Below, piece after piece: positions 27,357 through 40,021 of a DNA stretch of 64,000 nt. The stretch is taken from positions 632,188-696,187 of the forward strand of contig NIVC01000211.1 of the NCBI GenBank assembly GCA_002269645.1. The letters run 5' to 3'. A model generated the notes under the pieces. The model worked only from the letters and a program-made list of their open reading frames with translations, searched no databases and was not told the DNA's origin. Made by a program: the position numbers and the translations under genes. This DNA is from Macrostomum lignano (Eukaryota). The first letter of the stretch is position 1; each line of letters begins with the position of its first letter.

Positions 27357-29300
27357 TCAGCCCATCGAGCAGTAGTCCTGCAGCTGCTGGAACTCCGATC
27401 CGGTGAGGCTCCGACTGCTCATACCGTAGCAGCGGATTGTGCCCTTGAAACTCCAATCATTTCTCAGGCTATAGCCAAGTTTCAGACACCCGAAGCGACC
27501 CTCAGGAGCGCTCCCGATGCTTCCATTTCGCGATGGCTCAGCGTGCGTGATGCTTCCGTTGAAATAAAATTTCACACTTTCGGCATTGGCAGAGAACGCA
27601 GAGCCAACTGAGATCAAACCGATTGAGTCATCGTTAGTAAACACGTTGTAAGCTGACCAACGTTGATACTGGAAATATCCGTTCATCCAATGAAAATAAG
27701 CGTACATCGTGCGACTATTTTTTGCCCAAGTGTTGGACGACTTGGTTCCGTTGCACTGTTGAATCCGGTGGTAGAATTTGTAGCTGAAAGTTTATTAATC
27801 AGGGTTTACGGGGTAAGACACTCAGATAATTTTTTTTTCAAACAGTCTTTACACCATGCAAGTATCCCCCAACTCACCTTCTGTCCAGTCCCCTCCTCAC
27901 TCCCTGCCCCAGTCCCCCTCCTAACTCCCTGCCCCAGCCCTCCTCCTCACTCCCTGCACCAGCCCCCTTCCGGCACCAGTCCCCCTTCTCACTCTCTGCA
28001 CCAGCCCCTCCCTCCTCACTTCCTGCCCCAGCCCTCCTCCTCACTCCCTGCACCAGCCCCCTTCCGGCACCAGTCCCCCTTCTCACTCTCTGCACCAGCC
28101 CCTCCCTCCTCACTTCCTGCACCAGCCCCTCCTCACTCCCTGCCCCAGTCCCCCTCCTTACTTCCTGCACCAGCCCCCCTCCTCACTCCCTGCCCCATTC
28201 CCCCTCCTCACTTCCTGCCCCAGCCCCCTCCTCACTCCCTGCACCAGCCTGCCTCCTCATTCCCTGCCCAGGCCCCCTAGTCCTTATTCTCTGCTCTGCT
28301 TATCTATATCACTTTATCTCTTTCCTAATTGATCTCTAACTAATTAAACGATAGTTAAGATAGCGTTGAAATATTGTCTCACCCGCTCGTCATGTTATGC
28401 CTAGCTAGCATGTAGAATGAATAATTTCTATTAAAGTCCAAATCGTGCTCAAGGCCAGGCGTCTTAGCAATCAGATAGGAGTCGTTGTGCCCCATCAGCT
28501 GGGCACCGTCGGTCCCAAGGTTCACGTTGCGAGCGGTGAGGCAATACTGCCTTGGATTCACCTCGTTCAGTAAGCCGCTGTGCGTGAATCGGTAAAACAA
28601 TTTCATCTGCAGCTGGCTTAGTAGACCAGCGCGTTCTGAAATTATTCAAGAGGAATGCGTTGCGACAGCGACTCTATACGTGGGGGAAGTGTAGAGTCGA
28701 AGGATCGTCTGAGTTTCTTTTGCTGACCAAGAAGCGAAATCAAATCTTGTACAAGTTGGGTCTTCTTCGTCTTTGAATTGACTGCTCACAAACAACGGAT
28801 AGACAAGTTTCTGAGCATCTTCTCACACAAATTGGCTTGCTGAAACAAGCACTCTCTGAATTTTTTATGTGAATCAAAAATATCGATGGGGCCAAGCGTG
28901 CACGAGTCAGTGTCGCTTCTTACGCAACAAAAAGAGCCCTTCTTGGCAGATTCACTCGTGCTAGCCACTTACTAGAAGCACCCGTATGCTGATAAGTGTC
29001 GCAGCTTCCAGACGTCCATTGTTCCTCTGTCGAGCAGGAGTCGCCAGTGTAGCACAGCCGAGTGCCCGGATCAAAGTGGAAGGCGTCACAAAGCGGCTGC
29101 AGGCTGCAGTGCACCGAGCACTCAGCATTGCCGCTAACATTGGACGCCGCAATCACTGCAGCGTCGGTGGGGCAGAGCGAAGTGCGTTGGAATGTCAGAC
29201 TGTCCGTTTGGAAGCCGAGAGCAGAAGACAGCTGGCACCAGCATGTCATTAGCATGGCAATCAGTAGACATAGCTTCGAAATTCGCGTGCAGTGGCACAT
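27357..29300 (-). CDS. PAN/apple + LamG/ConA-like secreted protein, paralogue D (intact, 3 exons)
   Basis: Exons 29300-28973, 28635-28383, 27783-27357 with the same intron phases (1, 2) as A-C. Signal peptide; PAN AECSVHCSLQPLCDAFHFDPGTRLC; C-terminus FGCLKLGY...FKGTIRCYGMSSRSLTGSEFQQLQDYC. Confidence 0.88.
27865..28260. repeat. C-rich degenerate tandem repeat (CCCCAGCCCC/CCTCACTCCCTGC), intron 2 of paralogue D
   Basis: Direct read; source of the Pro-rich ORF 27663-28280. Confidence 0.9.
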
Positions 29301-29599
29301 TTTCTAAAAATTGTTGAGACAAAATGTTGACAAGATGGATTGGGAGTCCGCTTTAGCTCCATCATATTTTATCAGCACTGAGATTCCTACATGTGGGGAA
29401 ATGTACGGGCGATTCTATTGGCTCTTCGTCAAGTTGCCATTGGCTACGGAAGCTGCCTAATAAACCCCCACTTCATCCTAGTGTATTTCCTGTGTTTACT
29501 CTCAGATAATACTGCTGAAGTTGCTTTCTCCGAGGAAATCAAATTTGCTCGGGAGTATCTGCTTCTACTGACATCGCGGCTATGATATGATATGACAGG

Positions 29600-31190
29600 C
29601 CTAAAAATCTACATGAACTTGACTTACCTGACTTTGCTGCAGGGTGCTCCAGGCATCTGAATGCAGCGGGAGGCATTGAAGCCGAGTTCGCCTTAACCCT
29701 GGCGACGACGGGCAGCTGGTGCTGCGGTATAGCGCAGGGAGATCCGGTGGTGCCGGTGTCCGCAGCGCAGTCCCCCTCCGGGAGAGTCCAGAGGTAGATG
29801 GTCGCTCGCCCAAAAGCCCTCAGGTATCGGACGAGCAGCGAGCTGGCAAAAATGCTCGAGTCTGAAAACGTCGGAAAGGTCAGGAGTTGGGCGAGGTAGG
29901 TGAGCCTGTCCTTAGTAAATGTGGGGTATTCACAAATTAGATGAGAATGCTGAGAATGCTTTGCATTCTCAGAATCTAAGGGGATCTACCTTAGGAACAC
30001 CTTGTTAGAGGCGCCTAAGCGGTTGAGCTGCCCGATACAGTCGAGGACTGTACGCGAGCAGGTGTTGGTTCGTTCAAGAGGGTGGATCGCCGCTTGACTG
30101 TCCAAGTGGGAGAGTAATCTCCTCCCGCAAGACTCGCAGATTGTAAAGCTTCATGGAGCAGGAGCTGATTGCGAGAACTTCATTCTGGAAGACGGTAGAG
30201 CAAGTGCCAGTGTGCTGGGAGAAGGTCGCCACGGTTCTCCCTCCAGAGTGGTGGAATGCTGGTTTTCAATTCAAGCAGAGGGCGGAGCTTGAACAGGATT
30301 CTGTCCAAAAGGGTCAGAAGGCCCTCCCGTAGCTTCTAGGTCTCTCAGGTTGAGGTCGCCGTGCGGCCGGAGGTTCCGTTTTCTGAAGGGGAACTGCTTC
30401 TGGGTGAGAACACCCGCGTCACGCAGTCTTTAGTCACAGACAAAGAAGTCCAGGGGCCGGGGAAGGTCCATGAAGGAGTTCACGCCAGCGAATGGCGTAG
30501 AGGGAGTCGCGCTCATGATGCCATGCGGCTTTAACTTACACCCTGTTGAGAGCATCAAGAACCCCTTTTACCTCTAGGGCACTGTTCGGGGTTGAGGCCC
30601 AGGTAGCGTCGAAAGCTCTGCGGATCTGCGCGAGAGTCGCGAGAGCTTTGCGGACTTTGATTTGGACGTGCGGGGTCCAGCTCAACCTGTGGTTGAGGGT
30701 GACGCCCAGACATCTGGTTTGTTTCTTCATGGTAACAGATTTGCCACAGAGAAAATCATCCAATTTCGGTGGCTGGTCTTCGGTGGTGAACACGGTGGTC
30801 ACGGTTTTAGACTCAGAGCTTAAGGCCGCAGCTGTGTGCCCAGCGCTTAGCACGGTGAATGAAGGCTTGGAAGAGGTCTCTTAGGACCACGGGTGATGTT
30901 CCAGCCACACTAGCGGTATAACATCATCCACATAGCCGATGTACCGGGTCCGGATATGGGCTGCTGAGTCATTAGTTTATGACCAAGTTCCAGAGAATCT
31001 GGCTAAGGACTCCACCTTTCTGAAGCTCCACAGAGCGGGACTGTCCGAGGAGATACTGGGATCAGGTGGCAGTCTGAAGTATCTGACGTGTAAATTTCGC
31101 CTTTGTTGACTCGCCGGGGAAGAATTTCCCGTTGGAGTTCCCCTTCAGCGTTCTCTCCAGCAGTCACTGCAGCCCAAAAAGTTGATGAAA
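29600..31190 (-). mobile_element. Decayed non-LTR retrotransposon (RT plus possible RNase H region; I/R1/Loa-like)
   Basis: Broken RT motifs KGGVLSQILWNLVIN*, GYVDDVI and SKTVTTVF...CLGVTLNHRLSWTPHV...KALATLAQIRR; multiple stops and frameshifts. Confidence 0.7.
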
Positions 31191-32224
31191 AAGTGGCATC
31201 TTTAATAGCCGTTCAACGATGCCGATTTATGAGCTAGGAAAGCTTTCAGTAGTGAAGAATTAACCTAAGCTTTTTAGCTCTTTTGTTTTTCGCACAGTTT
31301 CCCGGGGCTTTTGAAATATTGATTGAATGAAGCAGAATCGCCGGTTTTCTCTTTACAATGAATTTCTTTTTTGATTGAATCGATCGAGTTGGCTTCCCGT
31401 AAGCAATTTGTCTCTTAGTCTCTCGCACATTTTACGAGCGTAGATCGCAACACTTTTTTCAGGCTCCAAAGTCAGTCATCAATGTAAAAAGAATGCGCGG
31501 AGTGCGTCCTAAAAACGAAGTTTTTTACGGAAATTCAACGCAAAAAGCTGTACCGGTAGGATAGTGTAGAATAGATTGATGATCTCCATTCTGTACGACA
31601 TCTAAAGTTTAAAGCAAAAAAATCGGAGCTGCAACTGCGTTCCGCTTGCAGAATGCTTCTTTTCCTAAAATAATGAGCTTCAAACTACTTGCTGAGAGAC
31701 ATGGAGAGAGACGGCTGAAGCGTGAAAGCGTGAACACGCAATCGGGCACACGCAAAGGCGGCCAAAGCGAATCGTAACGTTGACCTCCGCCTTGTCAATT
31801 TTGAGAAGAACCCTATCCCTATAGCTATCGTTTAGTCGCTAAATATTTTTAAGCTCGTGAGTTTTCTCCAGTTTCACACATTTGCGATGCAGACATTCAC
31901 GCGAAAATTACACACTTTCAAACACATTTACCACACGCAGTATTAATAAAACTTTAAAGGATATTTAAGCAAATCATTCCACAAATTACTTAAGCAAATT
32001 ACTCAAAACCTTACGAAATCATTATCATTTTGAACGGTACTAAAACTATATACGCGCTCCACATTAAAGACAGGACGAGAGCCTCATCTGCGGGCGGTCC
32101 AAGTTACAACACAATCCGGATTCAGGATTAAGCTGCTTGAGTTATGAACTCGTTAACAACACTTAAACAAAAGTGGACGGCAATGCTGATCTGTTTGTTG
32201 AGAAATCAGCAAGCGAAAGATAAG

Positions 32225-32513
32225 TATACTCAGCAACATTAAAAAGTCGCCACCCGGTGCCCCAATGAGCAGTGTCTTTCGACCAGTGTCTATCACCTGG
32301 CCAACCATTTTGATATAAAAAATGCTTGAAGAAACAATGAAAACCGAGTGAAGCTATTCAATCCATCCAATCTTCGTCCTCCGCTCTTCCCAATCCCTCC
32401 TCACCCAGCCCAACTCTGCGTGTGGCGCAAGTTGCGTCACTCAAAAGTCAATACTGAGCTAGAATTTACTGCGCACTCTCAAAAGTGGCGACTTCTTAAT
32501 GTTGTTGAGTATA
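32225..32513. mobile_element. ~285-bp MITE with ~27-bp TIRs and TA duplication (Tc1/mariner-like)
   Basis: TA-TACTCAGCAACATTAAAAAGTCGCCAC at 32225 pairs with GTGGCGACTTCTTAATGTTGTTGAGTA-TA ending 32513. Confidence 0.8.
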
Positions 32514-33935
32514 GATGAATGTAGACTCAATTTAATCCAATTAATGACAAAATCGATGGGGATTACTTAAGAGCTGGAAAAGTTACATGTGATGGGTTTC
32601 GGCCTTTTCGGCCCCTTTCGGAAAGCCTTCGGGCCTCAGGTCTCAGAAATAAATCAATTAGAGTCCTGGCCCCCCACCTGTCAGATGGTCAGCCCCATGG
32701 TAGCTTGATCGTGTGGCGAGCAGTCTAGGTCCATAGCTAAGAGAGGGACAGCGAGAGACAAGCACGGAGAATTTTGAAGGTAGAGATCAGCTAATCCGCA
32801 GATTAACTAACCCGCTGCCACCAGCCCGTGTGTCCTGCCTCACCAAACCAGAATTTTCGAAATCGGGTTTCCGACTAGAGAGGGCTTAGCGCACTTACCT
32901 GCCAACTAGTGTCTTTTTGCTGTCAATCTCGAAGTCATAGCCGATGATAAGGGACACTGCTGGGACTTGATCGCATTGGCCATGCAGGTACAGAGGGGAC
33001 TTGTGAAGGGGATTCTTGCAGTGGCGAGACTGTGGGGTAGCTACATGTACTATTACATTGCTAAATACGAGAAATCGTACTTTTGGCCTTCAACGCGCCA
33101 ACCAGCCTCTCCTAGCGCTGATGATAGGCTAACTCGAACATCGGAGACCGCAGGATTCATTACCCGAGCCGCTTGGCGAACCTAGAGTGCACAGAAGTAC
33201 ATCTCTGGCGCCGATTCTGCACTATTGGCAATTTTGCTCACTGATTTGATAGATTGATCGACTGAGAACTGCCTTGCCATTGGTCCACTGCGACCGGCGC
33301 CTACTAGCTTAGCTACTCATCTAAGCCATCGGCGAACAAAGAAATAAAACCGATAAAAATAACTGTCAGATTTAACCTTCTCAATGAATCACTTCACACC
33401 TCAGATTAAATGGAGCTTCAGACTACTAGCAGTATTATTGAATGATTTCTGCCTCAGTACAGCACAGTACAGCTTTTGTTCAGTACAGCACTACTGAACA
33501 AAATGAGCAAAAGTGTGCGCCTAATCCAGCTACTGAAATAGGGGACAGGTAAGGAATCACCCGATCAAGCAAGTCTAGGTAGCCTCTCACCCAACCAATC
33601 AGAAACCTAACAACCGGAGACCAGGTAATCCACAGTGACCGAATCGCGGCTTAGTGCTTCGCAGCTGTAGGCCCGGGATGATGCTGATGTCACAATCTTC
33701 GCAGATAGCTAGCAGGTGATGTTCTTAATCTTGATGTTCGCTGCTGACGACCGGGGGGATTCGTCCTTGATGATGATGAGGAGAGTCGCGATCCGGGGAT
33801 CAAGAGACGACGGTCGGGCTCCGGAAGGTCTAAGTTAGGCCAAAGTCCCAGGAGGCGGAGCAGGCGGTTGAGTCCGAGCGGGCCAAAAACACCGGTTTAA
33901 ATAGCCGCCAACTGGACCGCAATTTGTAGGCCCGG

Positions 33936-34551
33936 GCTAACCAGGTCTCGCTCGATAAAGACTGGGATCCTGTTGTGCCCGGGTGCACTTGCACCGCTGG
34001 GTGAGTGCGTTGGGGAATTTTCGATTGGCTCGGATAGATTTTGTCACACCTTCGTCGTCGTTTCACACATACTGCATCACTGCATCCTTGGTGCAGATTT
34101 TTTCCGTTGCCAAGCAGCCAAGTTGGATTTTGCCAACTTTCAGATCGTCACTTCAGTAGGAACTTTTCCTTTTCGGATGTCTTCTGGGCGACCACTTCTC
34201 TGCTGGATAGTCATTTCGAAATCGGAAACAGTTCCTGCAAATCGGTCTCAAACCATTCGAGCTAAGCTGAGTCGGAGAGGAGTGAAGAAGGAATTTCGGT
34301 TCTGAATAGCAGAGACCCGCTCCCAGACTGAAGGCCACGTGATGCTAGCTAGGTCAATTGTCGTGCCCTCTACTGATGGTACCGTCCCTGTCAAGATTAC
34401 GAATGTGTCGGGAGAACCTGTAGTACTGACAAAAGGAAAGCAGATTGGCTGGTTCTCGCCCGTCCATGGCAGCCAACCAAATCATGATGAAGCACCCAAG
34501 GCACAAGCTAACCAGGTCTCGCTCGACAATTGTCACCTTGTCAATTGGTGA
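33936..34551 (+). mobile_element. Ty3/Gypsy pol remnant (C-terminal half of aspartic protease and following linker)
   Basis: FVVVSHILHHCILGADFF and LARSIVVP...VPVKITNVSGEPVVLTKGKQIG are typical of Gypsy protease and protease-RT linker; interrupted by stops. Confidence 0.6.
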
Positions 34552-35584
34552 TTGGCCAACAAGTTGGTTGTTGATAATGCTGTCTGGCGGGAGACCCTAG
34601 GGCTTACGCTAGGCAGCCTAAATAAATAGAGAAATGCTGGCGGTGGGCAGGGTGAGCGTGTGCCCGTTGACACCTGACACTAGACTTTACAGAATCAACA
34701 AACTTCAATATCGAAATCTCAATACTACTAATTGACGAACTCGCTGCCTTGCTCACCGCCGTGCCGATTGGAAGTCAAAGTAAGACTCACGTCTGTGTTC
34801 ATTAATCATTTGGGTCTCGAGCAAAGAGGGTACCGTACGCTCTAGGGACGGACTGACTGCCTTACCTCGACGCGATCCCACGCTCAGTAGCGGAGTTAGT
34901 CCGGTCAGTGGGCTGACGCCATCTCCAGGCTCGTTCGCTGCAGAACAATCTTAGGGAGCTGTTCGATCACGTGTAGTGACACATCAGTTATAATGGAACA
35001 CCTCGACGCTGATTGGCTGAGCCGATTTGTTTTAACGCACGTCGAATTTTCTGTTTGGCTGAGCTTCTTGCCACCCAAACTCACGTGACCAGAAGATCCT
35101 ATCAGTTCCCTCGGGGCCATAAAAATACGACAGGTGCGGTCATAAATTACTCAAAATCAATGATTTATGACCCAAAAGCCGCACCTATGTTTTTATAACT
35201 ACTAGTATAGCAAAATCATATAACTAGTATGAATTCTAGGAAAATTACATAAAGAGAAGAAAAAAGGCCCATAGCCTGTTGCTGGTATACAGTAGGCTAG
35301 TAAGTTTGAAGCCCATGTGCGAGCGTGAAGTTTGGAAAAAAGTGCGTCCTCATCACATGTAAGCAAGGCAGGGATCGAGTAGCCGGGGAAGAAAAAAATC
35401 GAAGAAAGAAAATGCTCTCGTCTTTTGAAATATTGTACAACAACAGCAGCAAAAAACTTTGTCAATTAGGGTTTTTAGAAGGCTGCAGCATCATAGCGCG
35501 CCTCTGGGCCAGGTCGCGAATGCAGGATACGCGGCCGACCGAATCCGAGGCGCCGGCGCCAGCAGGCAGATAACGAAATGCCCA

Positions 35585-35720
35585 GTGCGGACGACAGGAC
35601 TGCCCTCACAGAACGAAAGGTAGCCGAGTCAATACCGCGGCGATGCCGCAGATCCTCGCGGACGCCGGTAACCAGACCGTCGAGGCAGATGAACTTAGAC
35701 TGGCAACGCGCACAGAAGCC
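35585..35720 (-). mobile_element. Short decayed fragment of the same RTE family as 3193-3773
   Basis: CAGGACTGCCCTCACAGAACGAAAGG is shared with ~3690-3716; translates CLDGLVTGVREDLRHRRG...FRSVRAVL. Confidence 0.75.
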
Positions 35721-38700
35721 CCCATCGCCTAGCCTGCAATTTTGTGCCGAGGTGCAAGATAGACAGGCCTGTCATATTATGTGTCATATTACATGTCGTT
35801 CGGCAAGCAGAGGCAGCAAGCACGACTGGGGTCCAACAACCAGGCCGAAATTGATCGCCGCAACAGCAACCAGCTTTTTAGTCGTCGCTGGGCGCGCTCT
35901 CGAGGCGAAGATCGTCGGCTTAGGACGTCAAGTACGCTGATCGCGGGCCTCTTCGGTTGTCGGCGACCCAGAAAGCCGCAGAAAGTCTTCGTTTGTAGGA
36001 AGAGAGAATTATTCACACCACAAAGTCAAGCACAAGAAAAAACAATTAAAAGTATCTTGAACTTGAACCCCTTGAATCTCTGCCATTGAGTAAAGATCTA
36101 TAGGTACGTGTACGTTACATATGTATACTACCGCGGTTGATCTGATCTTCCGCAAACATTTCACAGAAAACAATGCACTAGCTTTTTTATCGAATTTCAA
36201 GCGTCTACAGCCATCAGCCTTACTCAGAGGGTCAGCCGACCACCTTACTCCCATATTCACCATTAGTCTGAATAAAACACTTTCCTCTGTGTTCACTTCT
36301 GTCATGAACTCTGTTTGTTGCTTGGTCTCTTGTCTTTTGAAAAAAAATTGAATACTCTCGTAGCTACAAGAAATTTCAAAAGTTTATAAACAAAAAAGAC
36401 AGAATTATTTTATGTGGAATTTTTGCTAGATACTACACGAGCTAAAAGTCCTGTAATTCGGTTGCAAAGTTATGCTTTTCACAATAAGCCATCTGTAACG
36501 TTTTGTTAGTTAGAAGTAAGATTAATCCTTATATTAATCCTTTTTAGACCTTAACTTTGCGCAAGTTCATTAGCATTTTTTGATAAATACCAAATGTTGG
36601 TTTGTTAAAATTTAATAATTTCCAAGAAATTCTATTCATATTTGAACATGTAACTTAAAGTATTTTAGCTTAATTAGCTACTACTTTAATTACTACTACT
36701 TTAATTACTTTGTGTAACCTTCTCCGACCGGTCTTGGTTGGAGTATCAGCCTTCATACGAATTCGACATCGTTATGTGTAATATTAACAAATGACATTTC
36801 CTCCAGCATAACCGTAGCAACCTTTGCTAAGTAAATATATGCTATTGCCAATTGCCATAATCAATGCCAAAGAGAAAGTAGTAGTTTAAACTTTAAAGCA
36901 ACTAAAATGTAACTGTGTAGTTAGTAGAAGCAATGACTCCAATCTACAATGTGATTCAACTAGTGATTGTAGTCACATAAATGGCTTAATTGACAATAAA
37001 AATGGGCCTTTACTCATCAGTAGTAGAACTCTTATGAGGGTAGGCCTATAAAAATCAGTGAAACTTTTAATTTAAAAATTATGAAATTAGTTTGCTAAAC
37101 AAAAAAGAACATTATGATACTATCTGAACTGAATGCTGACTGTCTAAATATATTATATACTTTGCATTAAAAAGTTAAACTATATTTTGATAGTTAAAAT
37201 AGACCTAGGTTTTTTATAATATGCAGTCTAGATATTCATAACAAGTCATAAATATTTTCTTTGTCTATGATATGACTATCATAGACAATAAATACCAGCT
37301 CAGTTTCTTAATTAAAGCAAATAATAAATTTGGCATCATTTTCAAATAAAGTACATTTAACAGAGAAAAATGTTGGCTTTAGACCTAATCTAGATTTTTA
37401 AGTTTAATAATTTTTGTTTAAAATAATTTTTTAACTTAAATGTTTCTAATTCTGTTTTATTATCATAATTTAGGCCTAATATACCTATAGTAAAGGCATT
37501 TACTCTGTTTATGACTAGGCCTATACCAGGTTGCGGATGGCAACCCAGCCACCCTAAAGGCTAAGTGGATGAACAAAACAGCTACTCTAAGTCCTTGGCA
37601 TATACAATCAGCGTACACAACCCTTGGCAAACTTTGTTGCATACACTAATGGTGTATACAAGTAACACAGCCACGCACATTTTTTTGGTGTACAAATTTT
37701 GGTGAATAAATTCATGCCATACATGAAAATTGTAATGTAAATTAACATTTTTATGTAAGGTAATGGAAAATTTGTATTGTCAATAAAAAAAATTTTGCTT
37801 CTTTGAAATTAACAGTAAATAAAATTAGTGTACATTTTTGCTAAGAGTATCAATTTTGCATTCCTATTAGAATAAGTTTCAAAAACCTATAGACGCGCGA
37901 CATGGGTGCCAAAATTGTGCCCTCAAAAGTGCAACGCGATACCAAATTTTTTTGACTGGGGGACGGCAATGCGCAACGCAACACCGATGTCTGTTGACTG
38001 AATGACCGGGGGTGGAAGACACTACAGCAGCCACGTTGCAATTGACAATTCCCATTCTTCTGAGTTAACTCCAGACACCGAGACCATGGGGCGAGGGACG
38101 AGAGTATTCCTTTCAATTTTGTAGAAAAAGAAATGAAATTTAAAAACAATAAACAGTGAAACAACAAAGGTACAACACTTAGAAAAATAGCGCATGCATT
38201 GTAACTTTAACAAGTAACATTTCTAAAAATTATATTTAAAGTATTAGTTACTTTACCATTAAAATAAAGAAGAACAATTCAAGAACTAGTTATTATCAAA
38301 CATGTTTAAAACATTTAAATACCAAGAAACAACCATGAACATATTACAATGAAACACAGTTTGAGGTTTTGGCTACAGATCTAGGCCGCAATGCGTCACA
38401 TGACAACGCCAACCACTAAGTTGCCACACTGTCGTATCACGCAATGCGACACATGACAACACCAGGTTTCCACAGTTTCGTGCAACGCAACACACCACTT
38501 GACACCACTGTCGCGCGATGCTACACTAGGAGAATCCAAAAATGCGACGGATGGTCATCCATGTTTTGTCAACTTATTCCAATTGGGTTTTGCACATACA
38601 TGCGCAACAGTCGGCCGAGTCGGCCGATCCGGCCGACCGATTTGGCGGCCAATCAAGGAAGTCGCAAAAATTCCCACCCAAAAAATAACCTGAAGAGTAG

Positions 38701-40021
38701 TACTAAGTAGCTGACGAGGCATTTTAGCTTAATAAAACAGTCATAGTTACTCCTGCCGTTTACCCAAAGTTGCGTTAATTTTGCTTTCGGGTTTTTTTAT
38801 ATGTAAGTCGCATTTTTGGCCAAAAACTACGTCGCATTTTTGTTAAAACTAAGTCGCACGGCTGACCGAATTTTGGAGGTTGCACATGTATGGTTTTGCA
38901 TCATATTATTTGTAGGTATTAATATTTTCATCATAGTGTTTTTCATAATATTTTAAAAACACTTTTCATACAAAAGCCTTTCTTAGAAAACTCTACTTGT
39001 GAAAAACCGTATTACCTTTTAGGAATTTTTGGTGTACATTGGTGTACAAAGTCCTTGATGCCCAAATTTGGTCTGGCGTACACGGATACATGATCTGCAC
39101 ACTGGGGCCTATAGAGAATATTTGCTTCTATAGGCCATAGATAGGAAAATGGCATATATGCTAAAAATTTCTAGGTTAGGCCTTATACTTTAAAAATTGG
39201 CATACATATTAGGGTATAAAACCAAGATGGCCATAGCTGGGATAGGGTTCACAGAAAATGACAACTGGTTTACTATTAGATAGTGAGGTGGGGGTGGAGA
39301 AAGAAAAATAAAATTTGAAGTTAGGTTTTCTTCAAAACCAGTCAGCGTTGCATTTGCACAAGTAAATCTAGAAAATCATGCAGACAAATCACAATTGATA
39401 TAGTATACTATATCAATCTTCAATAGCCCCTCTGTTAATTTAACAACAGATAGTATAATTCTTTACCTCATATAGCTCTTTATAACCTATAATTTCCTTT
39501 TTAAACTAAGACTAAAACAAGCTTTCCTTGAAGTTTGCTTCTAGAAGACTAAAGACAAAAAATTAATGTATCAAAAGATTGTAAGTATCTACCACTGAAT
39601 TCATTTTTGAAAAGATATAACAAATAAAATTAAGTGACAAAAAGAAATAACTAAGAAAAATGATAAGATTGGAATGGAATCATTGTGGAATGGAATAAAA
39701 AAGGTATAGATTAGAGCAAAGTTAAATCTTTGCTCAATAGTCAAACTTTCAAGCCATAGACTCAAGGCAGCAGTTGTCTTGAGTATAGCACTCTGCCACT
39801 CTGAATTAACTCAATTGCTCATAAACTCAAACTGACTTCATTAAGCTGTGTTATATTATGATTTTTTTGTTGAAATTACTTATTACAAAACAAGTTGAAA
39901 CCCATTTCACAATCAAGTTTTTTTTAAATTCTCAATGTATATTTGTCTGAGATCTTACACTAAGTATGAGTTAGCTTTGATTTATTGGCACTCAATCGAT
40001 TTATTGCTGCTTGATTTCCAG

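Noticed and set aside
27663-28280. Extensin-like Pro-rich ORF
   Set aside because: C-rich repeat antisense within intron 2 of paralogue D.
36009-36305. Possible coding exon MTEVNTEESVLFRL...
   Set aside because: No recognisable motif and no convincing continuation; left uncalled.
37540-39110. Possible non-autonomous transposon with GCGAC/GTACAC motif clusters
   Set aside because: No matching termini or TSD could be defined.
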